From assembly GCA_050743365.1 (NCBI GenBank), contig JBOGFI010000254.1, forward strand, positions 2,473 through 66,472: a DNA stretch of 64,000 bases, written 5' to 3'. This stretch comes from Acidimicrobiia bacterium. Lineage in GTDB: Bacteria; Actinomycetota; Acidimicrobiia; IMCC26256; JACDBD01. This document shows, piece after piece, positions 63,009-64,000 of this stretch (position 1 is its first letter; each line of letters opens with the position of its first letter). The translations under genes and the position numbers were made by a program. The notes under the pieces are model-generated. The model was not told the origin of the DNA and did no database searches. It saw nothing but the letters and a program-made list of their open reading frames with translations.

Positions 63009-63872
63009 TCAACCCGCCGCGTGCGCGAGGTCGAGCACCGCGTACAGGAAGTTCGTGGTCTGGTCGAGGATCTGCGTCCGATGCTGCGCGTACGGCACGT
63101 GCCCCTCGCCCTCCCAGGTCGTGAGGTAGGTGTCGAGCCCGGCCGCCCGGGCCTCGTTCACCGTGTCGACGGCCCACTGGTAGGGGACGAGGGCGTCGTT
63201 GGTTCCGTGGAAGAGCAGGCTCACCGCATCGCCCGGACTCGGCGTGCTGAGGACGCGCGCACCCGACAGCGAGACCGCCCCGCCGACCGCCGACGAAACG
63301 CCACCGGTCGTCTCGGGTGTGAAGCCGACGTCGAGCGCGGTGATCGCGCCCGCGGAGGTCCCGCCGATCGCGATCCGGTTCGTGTCGAGACCGTAGGTGG
63401 CCGCGTTGGAACGCAGGAATCGAATCGCGGCCTGCGCGTCCTGTCTCGCGTGGCCGATGGCAGTGACGCACTCGGGCGTGGGGGCGGCGGCCGAGCAGCC
63501 GCCGGGCGTCAGCCGGTAGGAGATCGACACGGTGACGTAGCCCTTCTTTGCAAACGTGGTCGCTTCGTCGACGATCTCCGGTGAGGTCTTGCTGCCGCCG
63601 GAGAATCCGCCACCATGGACCCACACGATCGCGGGCCGGCTCGTCACCGTGTCGCCGTTGGGGCGATACACGTCGAGCTTGAGCGTGACCGTCTGCCCCT
63701 GCTGGTTCACGGCGCTGCCGTAGGTGACGTCGCTCGTCGTGGTCACTCCGCCGAACACGAGGTCGCGGTAGCGGAGCGGAGCCGGGCCCGGCGGCGTGGT
63801 GAGATGGGGCGCGCAGCCGGCCGCGACGAGAGCGAGGCAGGCCAGGACGAGGACGACCAGGCGACGGCGCAT
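63009..63872 (-). CDS. Secreted/lipoprotein alpha/beta-hydrolase (esterase), paralog of the catalytic domain of 4019..6037
   Basis: The lipobox is LVAAGC. Motifs are IVWVHGGGF, GGTSAGA and FHGTNDALVP...EGHVP. It is collinear with the C-terminal domain of the repeat esterase. Confidence 0.8.
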   Translation of the reverse strand: MRRRLVVLVLACLALVAAGCAPHLTTPPGPAPLRYRDLVFGGVTTTSDVTYGSAVNQQGQTVTLKLDVYRPNGDTVTSRPAIVWVHGGGFSGGSKTSPEIVDEATTFAKKGYVTVSISYRLTPGGCSAAAPTPECVTAIGHARQDAQAAIRFLRSNAATYGLDTNRIAIGGTSAGAITALDVGFTPETTGGVSSAVGGAVSLSGARVLSTPSPGDAVSLLFHGTNDALVPYQWAVDTVNEARAAGLDTYLTTWEGEGHVPYAQHRTQILDQTTNFLYAVLDLAHAAG

Positions 63873-64000
63873 CGGAACCCCCGAGAGACGGCGATGGTCA
63901 CGCGCGTTGTCTCCACAGTCAAGGGGCCGTTCGAGCAGCGGTTGATCTGGGCAGCTACAGAGCTGCGCGGGAGAACCTGATCGCCTACTGGTTATCGCGA

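Noticed and set aside
61748-64000. Genomic island integrated at tRNA-Leu
   Set aside because: There is no integrase, no direct repeat of the tRNA 3' end, and no compositional break that I can see. The downstream genes are an ordinary peptidase and esterase.
1-64000. CRISPR arrays, IS elements, toxin-antitoxin pairs, or known defence-system genes
   Set aside because: I saw no regularly spaced repeats beyond the two short repeat sets reported, and no transposase, integrase, nuclease-helicase or TA-like gene pair.

Overview
This is a very GC-rich, gene-dense chromosomal segment. I support about 75 CDS, 2 pseudogenes and 1 tRNA. I see no rRNA, no CRISPR array, and no recognisable transposase, integrase or phage gene. 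The content fits an Actinomycetota core chromosome: mycothiol synthase (mshD), an LLM/F420-type oxidoreductase, an InhA/KasA/AccD6-style FAS-II cluster, and the his-trp synteny known from mycobacteria. Blocks: (1) 1-3965 holds DUF5996, two hexapeptide-repeat paralogs and marR, divergent from pirin and yceI. (2) 4019-7285 holds a secreted esterase carrying three neocarzinostatin-like repeats, a small protein and a fatty-acid hydroxylase-family membrane enzyme. (3) 7300-15512 is a complete monoderm-type Tad/Flp pilus operon: flp1-flp2-tadE-tadG-like-cpaB-tadZ-tadA-(VWA)tadB-tadC. (4) 15671-29650 is a mixed metabolic block including NDH-2, an acyl-CoA synthetase, peptidases, mshD and nth. (5) 29977-48201 is an interrupted his/trp supra-operon: hisD-C-B-A ... 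hisI-trpE-ygfZ ... trpC-F-B-A. (6) 48198-54218 holds dienelactone hydrolases, a HIT-like protein, a cupredoxin lipoprotein, an ECF sigma/anti-sigma pair, an MFS transporter and bcp. (7) 54240-61465 is the FAS-II cluster: fabD-(BCCP-like)-fabH-fabG-acpP-fabF-accD-inhA, with fabZ divergent. (8) 61748-63872 holds tRNA-Leu(CAA), an M23 peptidase and a second secreted esterase. I found no convincing wholly new multi-gene system. The most unusual items are a lysine-free BCCP-like protein embedded in the FAS-II operon, a signal-peptide+VWA domain fused to TadB, the triple NCS-like-repeat esterase, local loss of hisH/hisF with a decaying VOC gene, a frameshifted tandem hexapeptide gene, a perfect CRP-type palindrome upstream of ndh, a G15 homopolymer, and several head-to-head gene pairs whose start codons share a CATG. 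All functional calls come from motif and pattern recognition by eye. No database search was run. Coordinates of non-CDS elements were anchored on ORF-track boundaries but may be off by 1-2 nt.
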